From the IMG/VR virus record IMGVR_UViG_3300047494_000061, positions 5,801 to 69,800 of that record: DNA of 64,000 bases. One strand, 5' to 3'. The notes beneath the pieces are model-generated. The model saw only the letters and a program-made list of their open reading frames with translations. It was not told the origin of the DNA and made no database searches. A program made the translations under genes and the position numbers. The stretch's first letter is position 1, and each line of letters begins with the position of its first letter. This document shows, piece by piece, positions 38,348 through 48,241 of this stretch. The stretch is from a virus.

Positions 38348-39516
38348 ACAGCGAACTTGAACCCGGCGCGGCAATAGTGCCAGCGTCCAACTACGTCGAG
38401 CAGAACGCCTCGATGGTCCAGCAGTACGCCACAGCGCGTATCCAGAGCGCCTACACAATGGCTTTGCGCCAACCACGCGATATCGAAGCCGTCCGCCAGG
38501 AAGTGCTCAGAGAGTGCTCCCGGCCATCCTTCTGCACGCCAGACGAGAGCAAGAATGGGTCGAGTCTTGCCATCTACCGAGTCCCGCGGGGCGGCGGCAA
38601 CATTCAGGGACCGACAATCCGCTTTGCCGAGATGCTACTCCGCTCGTGGAAGTATCTCAGCGTCGAAGTAAACCCGATGGGGGAGGATGACACGCAGAGG
38701 CTCTTGCAAGTGATCTGCACGGATTACCAGTCCTGCAACTTCACGTCGGAGATGGTCAGCGTCCCCAAACGCGTCGAGCGCAAGAAGACCAAGAGCGGCG
38801 ACATCGTTGTCGGCCAGCGCGTCAACAGCTACGGCGAGGCAGTCTACCTCGTCATGGCGACCGACGACGAGCTCGCCATGAAGACCAACGCGCTGGTATC
38901 CAAGGCGCGCAGGAATCTGATCCTGCAGGCTGTACCAGGCTGGTTGATCGAGGAAGGCATCGACAAGGTGCGCGAGACGGCGCGAACGAAGGATGCCCAG
39001 GACCCCGACAGCGCGAAACGGAAGCTCTACGACGCCTTCGCGACCCTTGGCGTCACGGCTGCACAGCTAACCGAGTACCTTGGACACTCGAATCAGTTGA
39101 GTCCTGCCGAACTCGAAGACCTTCGCGGCTACTTCAGTGGCATCCGCGAGGGATACACCACATGGGCTGCGATCATCGCCAGCAAGGAAGAGAGCGGCGA
39201 CGGGAATGCCGAGAAGATCGAGGAGTTGTTCGGAAAGCTCGACAAGACTCCCGCCCAGATACGCCAGATCAAAGCCAAACACGCAGGAAATGCAAAGGCG
39301 TTGATCGACTGGCTGGAGAAAGAGGTTGCGAAGAAGGCCAACGACGGAAGCCAAGAGCAGAAAAAGGCTGAAGTCAAAAAGGAGGAGCCGAAACCAGAGA
39401 CGACAACCATCAACCCCGATGCCGATCCAGAACCGGAGTCAGTTCCGGCCCAACGAAAGGAGGAACCAAAGAAACCGGCGCAACCAGCACTCGGCGATGA
39501 CGATGACAAGTGGTAG
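38344..39516 (+). CDS. putative single-strand annealing protein / phage recombinase
   Basis: ALRQPRD...YRVPRGGGNIQGPTIRFAE motif of a phage family usually next to exonucleases; acidic DDDDKW tail. Confidence 0.55.
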   Translation: MNSELEPGAAIVPASNYVEQNASMVQQYATARIQSAYTMALRQPRDIEAVRQEVLRECSRPSFCTPDESKNGSSLAIYRVPRGGGNIQGPTIRFAEMLLRSWKYLSVEVNPMGEDDTQRLLQVICTDYQSCNFTSEMVSVPKRVERKKTKSGDIVVGQRVNSYGEAVYLVMATDDELAMKTNALVSKARRNLILQAVPGWLIEEGIDKVRETARTKDAQDPDSAKRKLYDAFATLGVTAAQLTEYLGHSNQLSPAELEDLRGYFSGIREGYTTWAAIIASKEESGDGNAEKIEELFGKLDKTPAQIRQIKAKHAGNAKALIDWLEKEVAKKANDGSQEQKKAEVKKEEPKPETTTINPDADPEPESVPAQRKEEPKKPAQPALGDDDDKW

Positions 39517-39524
39517 GTTGCTGA

Positions 39525-39546
39525 CCAGCCCTTTCGAGAGGGCTGG
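39525..39546 (+). terminator. hairpin after recombinase gene
   Basis: CCAGCCCT-TTCGAG-AGGGCTGG; no U tract. Confidence 0.4.
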
Positions 39547-39570
39547 CAAGGAACCTAGGAGGGTATCCAC

Positions 39571-39858
39571 ATGAGAATCGAATTAGACTTCAACAATCGC
39601 GAACATCTGGTGGAAGCGATAGAGATGGCCGAGTCCTGCGGCCTGTCTCTATGCCCCAGGTGCGTCAAGGCGTTCACCAGCGGCGGCCTTTGCGGGTCCT
39701 GCGAGGATATCGCAAGGGTCACAGCCAAGCGCATCAACGTCGGCCTCGCCGAGCACTACGCCTATCGGCGCAAATGGCTCATCGCGGCAGGAGTCGCGCA
39801 AACCGCTTTCTGGATCGGCGTCATCGTCCTGCTGATCCGCCACTGGGGGAGCCGATGA
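39571..39858 (+). CDS. hypothetical membrane protein with Cys motif
   Basis: AGGAGG RBS; CPRC...CGSC and a C-terminal TM. Confidence 0.55.
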   Translation: MRIELDFNNREHLVEAIEMAESCGLSLCPRCVKAFTSGGLCGSCEDIARVTAKRINVGLAEHYAYRRKWLIAAGVAQTAFWIGVIVLLIRHWGSR

Positions 39859-39977
39859 TAAACCCATTCAAACTCTTGTGGCAGTGGATTGTCGACCAAG
39901 CCAACCAAGCCATCAACTACAACCCCATCGAAGAGCGGCGTGTCTTCTGGCAGGAATACGACGAGGAGGCCGAATGA
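39855..39977 (+). CDS. small hypothetical protein
   Basis: ATGA overlaps on both sides. Confidence 0.45.
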   Translation: MINPFKLLWQWIVDQANQAINYNPIEERRVFWQEYDEEAE

Positions 39978-41245
39978 TCCCCGCGACCAGGCAAAGCATT
40001 TACGAGCAGATGGCGTGCGAGACGGGCTATAAACTCGTCCACATCGACGGGCTGCGCACTCCCGACACGGCCGAATCGGCGCGAGGCACAGATGTTCACG
40101 CAGTTCTGGCGCCCTACGCCCTCCATTGCGCGAGACGCAAAGTATCGGCAGACTTTGCATATCTCGACTCGCTTTTAGACTCGGCCACGGAAGAGGTAGC
40201 GACGATACTTGAGTCCTGCCGCAACAACCTAAGCGTGGACTGGCAGAACCTGTTCGCGGTCGAAATCCATTGGGGTCTGGATCGTCAATTCAGGCCCACT
40301 TGGAGCTACGACCACGAGGGGCGCAGGATTGAAATTGATCCTGCGTGGGGTATCGAGGGGAGCGGCGAAGAACCCGCCTACTGCGGCATCTCCGACGTCA
40401 TCCTGTTGATGCCAGGGGGCCAGATCGCCACGACCGAGGATTACAAGACGCATCCTCGACCCTTTCCAGCCGATACGTTTCAAGGCAAGCTGTACGCTCT
40501 TGCGCTGATGATGCACATGCCGAAGCTCAAGGAAGTGACCTTTCGACTCCGGTTCGTGCGATACGCCAACCTGAACACAGAGATGATCTACTCGCGCAAG
40601 GATGTGCCGAACATGATGGAGGACTGCCGGCGCGTCCGCAATCGCCAGAAAGACATCCATTCGAAGGTTGAGGATGGGCAAACCCTTCGCGTGCATGGAG
40701 GATCCCACTGCACCTATTGCCCAGGGTCGCAGCAACGCGACCTTTGCCCAATATCCCGAATGAATCCAATGCTCAACATGAGTCCTGCGGATCGCCTGAG
40801 TTGGGATTTGTGGATGCAGGTAGCCAGCCGCGCGAACCAGAAGACGATGAAGGATTACGTGGAGGGGAGCGGCCAAGAGATTCACTCGCAGGACTCGAAT
40901 GGGAAGTTCTACACTTTCGGTCCTGTCCCGAAGGAGAAGATCACCTATCCGCTGTTCGCCGAGGACGGCAACGGCGGATTCACTCTGCCGATTGTGGATG
41001 CTCTCTTGGACTGGCAGAACGCCAACCCGGAAGACCTCCAGCCAAAGCCTTGGTTTCTCAATCTCAGGATCGGCTCGACGCAGTTGAAGAGCTACCTCAA
41101 AGCAAAGAAGCGGGAGATCATCGACAACGCGATCAAGGACCTATCGATCAAGGAGAAGAAGGTCGAGTTGCGAATCACCAGGGACGCATCGATCGACGAC
41201 GGCGCCAGCCGCGAATATCACGAGTACGAGGAAGGGGACTACTGA
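39974..41245 (+). CDS. PD-(D/E)XK exonuclease (RecB/Cas4-like)
   Basis: RGTDVH, GISDV, EDYKT, QGKLYA motifs and HCTYCP...CP Fe-S-type Cys. Confidence 0.75.
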   Translation: MIPATRQSIYEQMACETGYKLVHIDGLRTPDTAESARGTDVHAVLAPYALHCARRKVSADFAYLDSLLDSATEEVATILESCRNNLSVDWQNLFAVEIHWGLDRQFRPTWSYDHEGRRIEIDPAWGIEGSGEEPAYCGISDVILLMPGGQIATTEDYKTHPRPFPADTFQGKLYALALMMHMPKLKEVTFRLRFVRYANLNTEMIYSRKDVPNMMEDCRRVRNRQKDIHSKVEDGQTLRVHGGSHCTYCPGSQQRDLCPISRMNPMLNMSPADRLSWDLWMQVASRANQKTMKDYVEGSGQEIHSQDSNGKFYTFGPVPKEKITYPLFAEDGNGGFTLPIVDALLDWQNANPEDLQPKPWFLNLRIGSTQLKSYLKAKKREIIDNAIKDLSIKEKKVELRITRDASIDDGASREYHEYEEGDY

Positions 41246-41246
41246 A

Positions 41247-41471
41247 ATGCGCATCTTGGAATGGATTCGCCTCGCACGCGCGAGGGCTGAATTGAGGCGG
41301 CAGGGTATGTGTCCTGTCCATCTTGTTTCGTTGTCCGGCGAAGGGCCAAAGGTTGACGACCCGGCCTATATGGGACTCGTCTCTGATGGTGGAACCACCA
41401 AGTGCTGGTACTGCATCGATGAAGCTCGCGAAAAGGCCATCCAAATTATCAAAAAAGGCGGAAAGCCATGA
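41247..41471 (+). CDS. hypothetical protein
   Basis: Packed ORF; CPVH...CWYC. Confidence 0.5.
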   Translation: MRILEWIRLARARAELRRQGMCPVHLVSLSGEGPKVDDPAYMGLVSDGGTTKCWYCIDEAREKAIQIIKKGGKP

Positions 41472-41773
41472 GCCGAGTCTTTCTCATCCGCAAGCCCGAC
41501 GGTACGCCTCATCCTGTGATCGGCGTGGATGTCGATCTTCCTTTCCTGTCCGATTACAGATTCTTTGCATGGGAAGACGAGTTTGGATGTTGGCGCGTCA
41601 CCGAAGCAAGAACCGGCGGCCTTGTGCTAAAAGGCGATCCAGGCCAACCGCTTGAGTATGTAAGTCTTGCCGCGAACACCAAACTAGAGATGATGGGTCG
41701 CGCCAAGTGCGTCGGCCCGATCAACAAGATTCTCGCCGAATACGAACCGCTCAACAATGAAAGGACACAATGA
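41468..41773 (+). CDS. hypothetical protein
   Basis: ATGA overlap. Confidence 0.55.
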   Translation: MSRVFLIRKPDGTPHPVIGVDVDLPFLSDYRFFAWEDEFGCWRVTEARTGGLVLKGDPGQPLEYVSLAANTKLEMMGRAKCVGPINKILAEYEPLNNERTQ

Positions 41774-41973
41774 AGCCCGTACTTGAGTCGGCAACTCTGA
41801 AATTCAGCGGCATTGATAGTCCTGAAGACCTGCGCGCCATGATCCAAGGGCTCAATGCTTCCGTCTTTCCAATCTCCGAGTTCTACTGCCATTTGAACTA
41901 TGGCGCACCCTTGCCGCTTAGCGAACACGAAACCATTTCCGTTATCGAATTCAGAAGGAGACAACGCCCATGA
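41770..41973 (+). CDS. hypothetical protein
   Basis: ATGA overlap; AAGGA RBS. Confidence 0.5.
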   Translation: MKPVLESATLKFSGIDSPEDLRAMIQGLNASVFPISEFYCHLNYGAPLPLSEHETISVIEFRRRQRP

Positions 41974-43835
41974 AGATCACTTCAATCAGCGTCAAGGATT
42001 TTCGCAGCTACGAGCAGGCCGAGATTGCCTTTTCTCAGCCTTTGACCATCATCCGAGCTCCGAACGGCAGCGGCAAGACGTCTCTCCAGCAAGCCGTTGA
42101 GCTCTCCCTAACCTCACGCACCGATGGAACCGACCCACGAGGCGCCGGAGCCAACGCCAAGATCAGGAATGGCGCGAAGAAAGCCTTCATCGAAGTCCTG
42201 CTGGAGACGGCCAAGGGCAGCATAGAACTCAAGACGACCTATGGGCCAGGCAAGACGGGAAGGCAGCAAAGTATCTCCGATCCCAACTTCGACCAGTACC
42301 TTGAGAAGAACAAGGAGCGGCTGTCTTGCGTTCTGAACACGCGGTACTTCACATCCTTGAAGCCGAAAGAGCAGTCCGATGTTCTCGCAGGACTCGTATT
42401 GCCGACCAGCTATGAATTTGACTCCAAGATGCAATGGATGGCCGAGAACCGTTTGGGAGCCTTTGATTGGTCGAAGCGGCGTCCTGTCGCTGTGATCGAT
42501 CAGGTCTACGAGACCGCCTACAACGCCAGGAAAACGGCCAAGGCGACTTTGGCGGCCATTTATATCCCTCAGCAGCCCGCCAAGCCTGAATACTCGTCAG
42601 AGCGCGTACAGAAGGAGCTGGCCGACCTTCGCAAGAAAGCTGCAGCAGAAACGAAGACGTTGAAGGGTGGCGGCAACGCTGCGGTGGGAAGGCTGGAAAG
42701 CGAACTTGAGAGGGCGAACCAAAGCCTTTCAGCGCTGAAGGCAAAGCGCGAAGAGGCATCGCAGCGGTACGCCGAGATTCAATTGCTTGATCCTGCCACG
42801 CTCAAAAAGGCGCAGAAAGCGGCTGCTGGCCGGCGTCTGTTCAATGAGTTGCAGGCCAAGATGGTCGAACTCAATAACGAGATCCACGCGCAACGCAACG
42901 CGCAGGACATCTATCGCGATCTTCTCGCTGAACCTTTTTGCCCAACATGCTCTCAAGCGATTACGCGGGAGTTTGTCGCCGGCAAGATCGCCGAGCACGT
43001 CGCGCTGGAGAACGAGGCTATCGAGGCTCAACGCAACCTCCTGAAAGAGCAACAAGCGTTGGGGGATATCGCGCGCGCCGAGAAGGACCTTGTCGAGCAG
43101 GCGAGTTTGTCGGCCGATAAAGACCGCTACCGCCTCGAATGCGCCCAGATTGAAACTCGAATCAGCGAGGCGAATAGCGCGGTTCGCAAACTCGAAGAGG
43201 ATTTGAGGCTTGCTATTTCCTCCGCTACCGAACCACCCGACACTTCCGCCCTTGACGCGCTGAACGAGCAGATTGCCCAATGGGAGGCCCGTCTGGGTCC
43301 TGCGACGACCTACGAGTCCACCTTGGCGGCAATCGAGCGCGAGACGAAGCGCTACGAGGAGCAGAAGCAGGTTGTCGCCGACCTCGAAACCCTCTGCACC
43401 TACTTCGGCAAGGATGGGATCAAGGCCAAACTCATCTCGGAGCACATCGAAGCCTTCGCCGCGACCGTCAATAGCGTCCTGTCAACATGGGGATTCGCTG
43501 CGACGTTCTCGTTCGATCCATACGAATTCCTAGTGACGGGAGAGCACGGCCAGCTTCCGCTTGAGGAGTTGTCGGGCGGCGAGACGTTCATGTTCTGCGC
43601 GGCCCTCCAGTGCGCGATCGCGATCCACGGCAAGATCAAGACCGTGGTGATCGACGAAGCGGATACGCTGGTAGATGCGGCGAGGAACCGGTTGTTCAAG
43701 TGCGTCAAGGGATTGCTCGACGCAGGACACTTGGACCAGGCGATCATCCTTGAGGCCAGCGGGCTGACAGAAGCGCCCCAGAAGCCGGGAGTGGCCTACT
43801 ACCGCGTGGTTGACGGAAAGGTGGTTGCGCTATGA
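41970..43835 (+). CDS. Rad50/SbcC-like SMC-family ATPase
   Basis: KDFRSY, Walker A APNGSGKTS, coiled coils with zinc hook CPTC, signature LSGGE, Walker B VVIDEAD. Confidence 0.85.
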   Translation: MKITSISVKDFRSYEQAEIAFSQPLTIIRAPNGSGKTSLQQAVELSLTSRTDGTDPRGAGANAKIRNGAKKAFIEVLLETAKGSIELKTTYGPGKTGRQQSISDPNFDQYLEKNKERLSCVLNTRYFTSLKPKEQSDVLAGLVLPTSYEFDSKMQWMAENRLGAFDWSKRRPVAVIDQVYETAYNARKTAKATLAAIYIPQQPAKPEYSSERVQKELADLRKKAAAETKTLKGGGNAAVGRLESELERANQSLSALKAKREEASQRYAEIQLLDPATLKKAQKAAAGRRLFNELQAKMVELNNEIHAQRNAQDIYRDLLAEPFCPTCSQAITREFVAGKIAEHVALENEAIEAQRNLLKEQQALGDIARAEKDLVEQASLSADKDRYRLECAQIETRISEANSAVRKLEEDLRLAISSATEPPDTSALDALNEQIAQWEARLGPATTYESTLAAIERETKRYEEQKQVVADLETLCTYFGKDGIKAKLISEHIEAFAATVNSVLSTWGFAATFSFDPYEFLVTGEHGQLPLEELSGGETFMFCAALQCAIAIHGKIKTVVIDEADTLVDAARNRLFKCVKGLLDAGHLDQAIILEASGLTEAPQKPGVAYYRVVDGKVVAL

Positions 43836-44098
43836 GCAAACCGCAAAATTATCTGCGATTTGAATTGTGTGCCTCAGTACCCGACCGCAAGACGAAAAAG
43901 TGGCATGTGTTTCCGCAGGTCACTACCATCGAGAAGCCGGACGCCAAGTTAGGCGACGTTTACTGGTTCAACCACTGGCGAAGGTACGTGTACTGGCCAG
44001 CAGGCCCACAAATCCTTGATTCATTGTGTCTCGCAGAGTTGGCGAAATTTTGCGAATACGAGACGCAAAGGCATAAGGGAAAGGTGGTTTCGCTATGA
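43832..44098 (+). CDS. hypothetical phage protein
   Basis: KTKKWHV...LGDVYWFNHWRRY...CLAELAKF phage family pattern. Confidence 0.6.
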   Translation: MSKPQNYLRFELCASVPDRKTKKWHVFPQVTTIEKPDAKLGDVYWFNHWRRYVYWPAGPQILDSLCLAELAKFCEYETQRHKGKVVSL

Positions 44099-44319
44099 AG
44101 AAAAGATTGGATTACTTTCAGATCCACTCGGTGCGCAGCTATAGGCAGCGCGACATCGCAATGCAAGTTGCCCTTCAACCCATCCCGATGGTTCAGCTAG
44201 ACGGCACTGTCCCAGAGGGATGCTACTGCGCGACCTACGCTGGAATAGTCCTGCCGAAGCGCAAGCGTGGTCAAAAGTTCGTCGTGGACTATACCGAATT
44301 CAAGCGAGTGACGCTATGA
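44095..44319 (+). CDS. hypothetical protein
   Basis: ATGA overlaps. Confidence 0.5.
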   Translation: MKKRLDYFQIHSVRSYRQRDIAMQVALQPIPMVQLDGTVPEGCYCATYAGIVLPKRKRGQKFVVDYTEFKRVTL

Positions 44320-44426
44320 AGAAGTGGACCAAGCGCAAACCAAGCCAATACGAACTGAGGATCGAGCGCATGTTGGCCTTGGCCGCGCTCGTGACCCAGA
44401 GAAAGAGGCCCCATGCTTTCAGTTGA
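44316..44426 (+). CDS. small hypothetical protein
   Basis: ATGA overlap. Confidence 0.35.
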   Translation: MKKWTKRKPSQYELRIERMLALAALVTQRKRPHAFS

Positions 44427-44946
44427 CGACTTCAGAAAGCGGTCAAGCAAACTCTTCGAGTCCTGCCGCACCCGCTGGAGGACTAAGCTGGAGAAGGATT
44501 TGAAAAAGCAGAAGCTATCCCTCGCGCTCTCTGCCGACCAAATCCTTCCCTTCACCCGCGTACAGTTCCATAAGTGGCTATGGGATCAGATGGGACTCCA
44601 AGCTATTCCCTGCCCCTTCTGCCGGGCGCCCATCGACATACTTTCAATGGAGCTCGACCACAGGACGCCACTTAGACGCGGCGGCGGCCCTGAGTTACAG
44701 AACCTTGAGCCAATCTGCCGAAGATGCAATAGCATCAAGGGCGAACTTACCCGCGAGGAGTATGTCGTTCTGATTGCGTTTCTCGAAGGGCCAGGAGCGC
44801 ATTTCCGGCAGCGATTGGAGGGCAGTTTAATCTCTGGCGGACTCGGCAAGATGCTCAGACATTTCCCTAGAAAGAAAGGAGACAAGTTCGGCCCGACCAA
44901 GAAGCCGGAGGATCAGACCTACCTCTGCGACCTAGATACGTTCTAA
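44413..44946 (+). CDS. HNH endonuclease
   Basis: CPFC...LDHRTPLRRGG...NLEPICRRCNSIKG. Confidence 0.8.
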   Translation: MLSVDDFRKRSSKLFESCRTRWRTKLEKDLKKQKLSLALSADQILPFTRVQFHKWLWDQMGLQAIPCPFCRAPIDILSMELDHRTPLRRGGGPELQNLEPICRRCNSIKGELTREEYVVLIAFLEGPGAHFRQRLEGSLISGGLGKMLRHFPRKKGDKFGPTKKPEDQTYLCDLDTF

Positions 44947-44967
44947 CTCACAAACGAAAGGAGCACA

Positions 44968-45564
44968 ATGAAAACGAAGCCTACCAAGCTAACTCACTTC
45001 TTCGAGGGAAACCGACGCATGGCTTTCCTTACCTCGTGGACCCATCTGAAGACCAAAGCAGGCGAGTCCCGCATCAAGCTCGAAGTCAAACTCCCACTAC
45101 TCAACGAGCCCGTGATCGGCATCAACGGCCCTATCTCCGACGCCTTTGAAGTTATGGCGAAAGACGATAGCAAGATCGACAGGACTAGCCTGAACCTGCT
45201 GTTCGAGGGCATGACCCTAGAGGTCTTCTCGACGGATGGCGTCAAGCGTCCTGCGGTATCCTCGACCGGCGTCCAGATGGTCAAGCTGGCCATTGTTTCT
45301 GCGGGAGAGGGCGAGAAGCGGGAAATCAACTTGCTACTCGTGGCGTATGTGCCGGCCAGCATCCAACTGAGGGACTGGGCATGGACTCATCTGCACAGCC
45401 AATTCCATTTGGAAGCTATATACTCTCAGTCGGAGTTATCGTTCTCGGATTTAGAAGAAGACGACGAGGAAGAGGACGAGTTCGAGAAAGAGCGTCGGAT
45501 CGCGACCTCGAAAGCCAAGGACGCCGAGTTTGGAGTTGCAGCCAAACCGAAGCGCGTGAACTAA
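44968..45564 (+). CDS. hypothetical protein with acidic C-terminus
   Basis: AAGGAG RBS; EEDDEEEDE tract. Confidence 0.65.
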   Translation: MKTKPTKLTHFFEGNRRMAFLTSWTHLKTKAGESRIKLEVKLPLLNEPVIGINGPISDAFEVMAKDDSKIDRTSLNLLFEGMTLEVFSTDGVKRPAVSSTGVQMVKLAIVSAGEGEKREINLLLVAYVPASIQLRDWAWTHLHSQFHLEAIYSQSELSFSDLEEDDEEEDEFEKERRIATSKAKDAEFGVAAKPKRVN

Positions 45565-45620
45565 CGAAGGTTCTCTCAAGTATAAAGCAGTTATAAGCAA
45601 CCAGAAGGAGCGTGAAATAA

Positions 45621-46112
45621 ATGATCCAAATATCGCAAGACATTGATGCAGTGACGCTGATGCCGGCCTATATCTCCCACAAGAAAGTGTGGGCGATCAA
45701 GATCAAATCCGTCACACCCGTCACACTTCACTACTACGACAACACGACAGATTCTGCTGTCGAAGTGACCTTTGAAGACAGCCTATACGCGCCCAGGATC
45801 TTCAGCATTAGCGGCAAGCCGACTCCCGAGGCCGGCTGGTACCTTGTTCAGTACCAAGACGGCTACATTTCGTTCTCTCCAGAAAAGGCGTTTGAGGAAG
45901 GTCACACGAAGGCCAACTCAACATTCGCCGAGCGCGTCATTGCGGAAAAGGTGGAATTGGGGACTAAAGCCACCAAGCTCGCAATGTTCATCGGTACTGG
46001 CGCTTTCAACGATCTTCCCGAAGAGGAGAAAGATCGCCTGAAGCGCCAGCTCAAAATCATGGACGAATACTGCCAAGTGCTCGACGAGCGCATCGCAGCG
46101 TTTCCGAGGTAG
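45621..46112 (+). CDS. two-domain protein: YLVxYxDGYxSFSP domain plus crAss001_48-like helical domain
   Basis: SHKKVWA...GWYLVQYQDGYISFSPEKAFEEG and ERVIAEKVEL...RLKRQLKIMDEYCQVLDERIAAF. Confidence 0.55.
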   Translation: MIQISQDIDAVTLMPAYISHKKVWAIKIKSVTPVTLHYYDNTTDSAVEVTFEDSLYAPRIFSISGKPTPEAGWYLVQYQDGYISFSPEKAFEEGHTKANSTFAERVIAEKVELGTKATKLAMFIGTGAFNDLPEEEKDRLKRQLKIMDEYCQVLDERIAAFPR

Positions 46113-46158
46113 TTTCACCCGAAAAGCAGCTTTTAGACCAACGCACTGAAGGAGCACT

Positions 46159-46917
46159 ATGACACCCCAGCCCAACCCAGTTGACCTCGATCAGGTTCCC
46201 GTCGACAACAGCGGCCAGCCTGATCCTTACCATAACGGCGACTATGCCCAAACCGAGCAGCCCAACAAGGCTCAGCTGTCTCGCTACAACTCCTTCCTTC
46301 CCGTCATCGGAGGACTCGTTCAAGTTTCCTTCTTCGACGGCGCCCACGTCATTCGCAACGCTTTCGCGCACGTACTCTCTGTGAGTCCTGCGGCGGAAGA
46401 CGAACTCCCAACCGTCACCGTCGTCTACCCCAAGCAGCCCGTCGTAGACACCCGCAACCTCGCAGGACCCGACTGGGCCAAAGCCTTTGAACGCCAAGCC
46501 GGAGTTCCCCACATCACCCACGAGGCAATTCAGAACCGAACCTCCTCGATCGCCTACATGGCGCTCTACGACTCTTCCCAAGGCAACGAGCTGCTGGAAA
46601 ATTTGTTCGAAGCTCCTGAAGGCGATCCTGCGCTCCTGCAGGCCGATGGGCAGAAGCGTCAACTGAACCCTGAAGCGCTGAAAGATTCGATCCAGATGGC
46701 CACCGCCGCTCAGTCTGGATCTATGCCGACTCCCACGGTCAAGAGTCCGCTCGTGAACGACCATCTCGTCTACGAGACAAAACAGTACGCGGATGGAAGC
46801 TCGGCTACCGGCATCGCGCCTCTTCCCGACGAGTCGCCGGACGGAGCGCCACGAGTTCAGGCAGGTCCTGCGGTAGTGCCGACGGAGGCCGATCAGCGCT
46901 CCGACGAACCAAAGTAG
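46159..46917 (+). CDS. hypothetical protein (252 aa)
   Basis: AAGGAG RBS; C-ending codon bias suggests high expression. Confidence 0.65.
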   Translation: MTPQPNPVDLDQVPVDNSGQPDPYHNGDYAQTEQPNKAQLSRYNSFLPVIGGLVQVSFFDGAHVIRNAFAHVLSVSPAAEDELPTVTVVYPKQPVVDTRNLAGPDWAKAFERQAGVPHITHEAIQNRTSSIAYMALYDSSQGNELLENLFEAPEGDPALLQADGQKRQLNPEALKDSIQMATAAQSGSMPTPTVKSPLVNDHLVYETKQYADGSSATGIAPLPDESPDGAPRVQAGPAVVPTEADQRSDEPK

Positions 46918-47139
46918 ACAACTTGACACGAGTATTTGAACATCGAGAGGCAACCAATCCACAGGTTGCCTTTTGTTTTGCACTTGACGGATTTTCACAG
47001 GTGGGTCTACGGTGGACAGAGCCGAAGTTTGGTACTATGGGTCTATCGCGCCGAGCGATATTCAGCCACGACTGATCCTCGTGGTTAGGTTTGGGAGAGT
47101 CCCTAGCTCTCCCATTCCGCCTTCTAGGGAAAGGGACGT

Positions 47140-48102
47140 GTGGGGTCAAAGGCCGACATCTGGATGCCGCTGTACATTGGCGATTATCTCGCCGACACTG
47201 CGCATCTCTCCACGGAAGAAAGCGGCGCATACCTCTATCTCCTCATGCACGAGTGGAAGACGGGACCGCTTCCGGCCGACGACGATTCGCTTCGAAGGAT
47301 CACCAGGCTTGACCGGGATGCTTGGAGCAATGCTCAAGCAGTGCTCAAGCAGTTTTTCACGCGACAGGACGATGGAACTTGGATTCAGAAGCGTTTGGAG
47401 GCGGAAAGAGCTAAATCTGATGAAAAGAAAAGGGTTAGCTCAGAAAAGGCCAGAAAAGCCGCAAATGCGAAGTGGAATAAGGATGCTCCAAGCATAGAAA
47501 ATTACTGCTTGGAGGATGCGCCAAGCAATGCACAAGCAATGCTTGAGACATGCCCGTCACCATCACCTTCACAATCACCTTTACCTAAACAACAAAAGCA
47601 AAAGCAAAAGCCTCCGAAGGACAAGCCTTCGGGGACGATCAAGAGCGACCTAATCGCCTCACGACACGCGGAATTTAAGCAGGCGATTGCCGACTTCTGG
47701 GAATGGCGCAACCCCGACGTAGAAATGCAGTGGGACGGGATGGAAGGGAAAGCGTTGGCACTCTATCTGTCTTCGGCGCCGAAGACCACAGTCCAACAAT
47801 TCAAGCGATTTCTGAAGAATCGCGGAGATAGCGACAACGTGTCGCAAACCGAACGCCCAGGAGCATGGGTGCGATCAATAGGAAAGTTCGCTGGCGGTCC
47901 GCTCGATCAGTACGGAAAACCAAAACAACCCGGAGGAAGCAATGGCAGATCAAATTCAACTTCTAAGCAAGCGGCAACCGCCTCAAACGCTACAAGTCTC
48001 GTCTCCCGAATTCTTGGCGTGGATAGTAATCGAATTGGCCAAGATAGCGATCATGATGGGGGAGGAGGTAACGGAGGAGAGGCTTACATTGACGGCTACT
48101 AG
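47140..48102 (+). CDS. DUF1376 (YdaU-like) replication initiator
   Basis: WMPLYIGDYLADTAHLSTEESGAYLYLLM..W..GPLP.DD..L.RI, WIQKRL and PSPSPS linker; upstream of DnaB. Confidence 0.8.
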   Translation: MGSKADIWMPLYIGDYLADTAHLSTEESGAYLYLLMHEWKTGPLPADDDSLRRITRLDRDAWSNAQAVLKQFFTRQDDGTWIQKRLEAERAKSDEKKRVSSEKARKAANAKWNKDAPSIENYCLEDAPSNAQAMLETCPSPSPSQSPLPKQQKQKQKPPKDKPSGTIKSDLIASRHAEFKQAIADFWEWRNPDVEMQWDGMEGKALALYLSSAPKTTVQQFKRFLKNRGDSDNVSQTERPGAWVRSIGKFAGGPLDQYGKPKQPGGSNGRSNSTSKQAATASNATSLVSRILGVDSNRIGQDSDHDGGGGNGGEAYIDGY

Positions 48103-48241
48103 ACTCGTCAAAGAAAAGCCCGTTCCACTCGCCAAAGCTCTGGACACCTACTGCGACGAAGGCAAATTTTTTCCGAAACCTGCGGACATCATCGACATCA
48201 TGAAGCGGCAGGATTCCACCTACGGGATGACATTCGCATAA
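47942..48241 (+). CDS. putative helicase loader/inhibitor-like protein
   Basis: GGAGG RBS; KFFPKPADI motif; sits between initiator and DnaB. Confidence 0.5.
   Translation: MADQIQLLSKRQPPQTLQVSSPEFLAWIVIELAKIAIMMGEEVTEERLTLTATRLVKEKPVPLAKALDTYCDEGKFFPKPADIIDIMKRQDSTYGMTFA

Noticed and set aside
45621-46112. Calling this protein Acb2 or Tad2
   Set aside because: The sequence does not match those families' motifs as recalled; kept only as a candidate.
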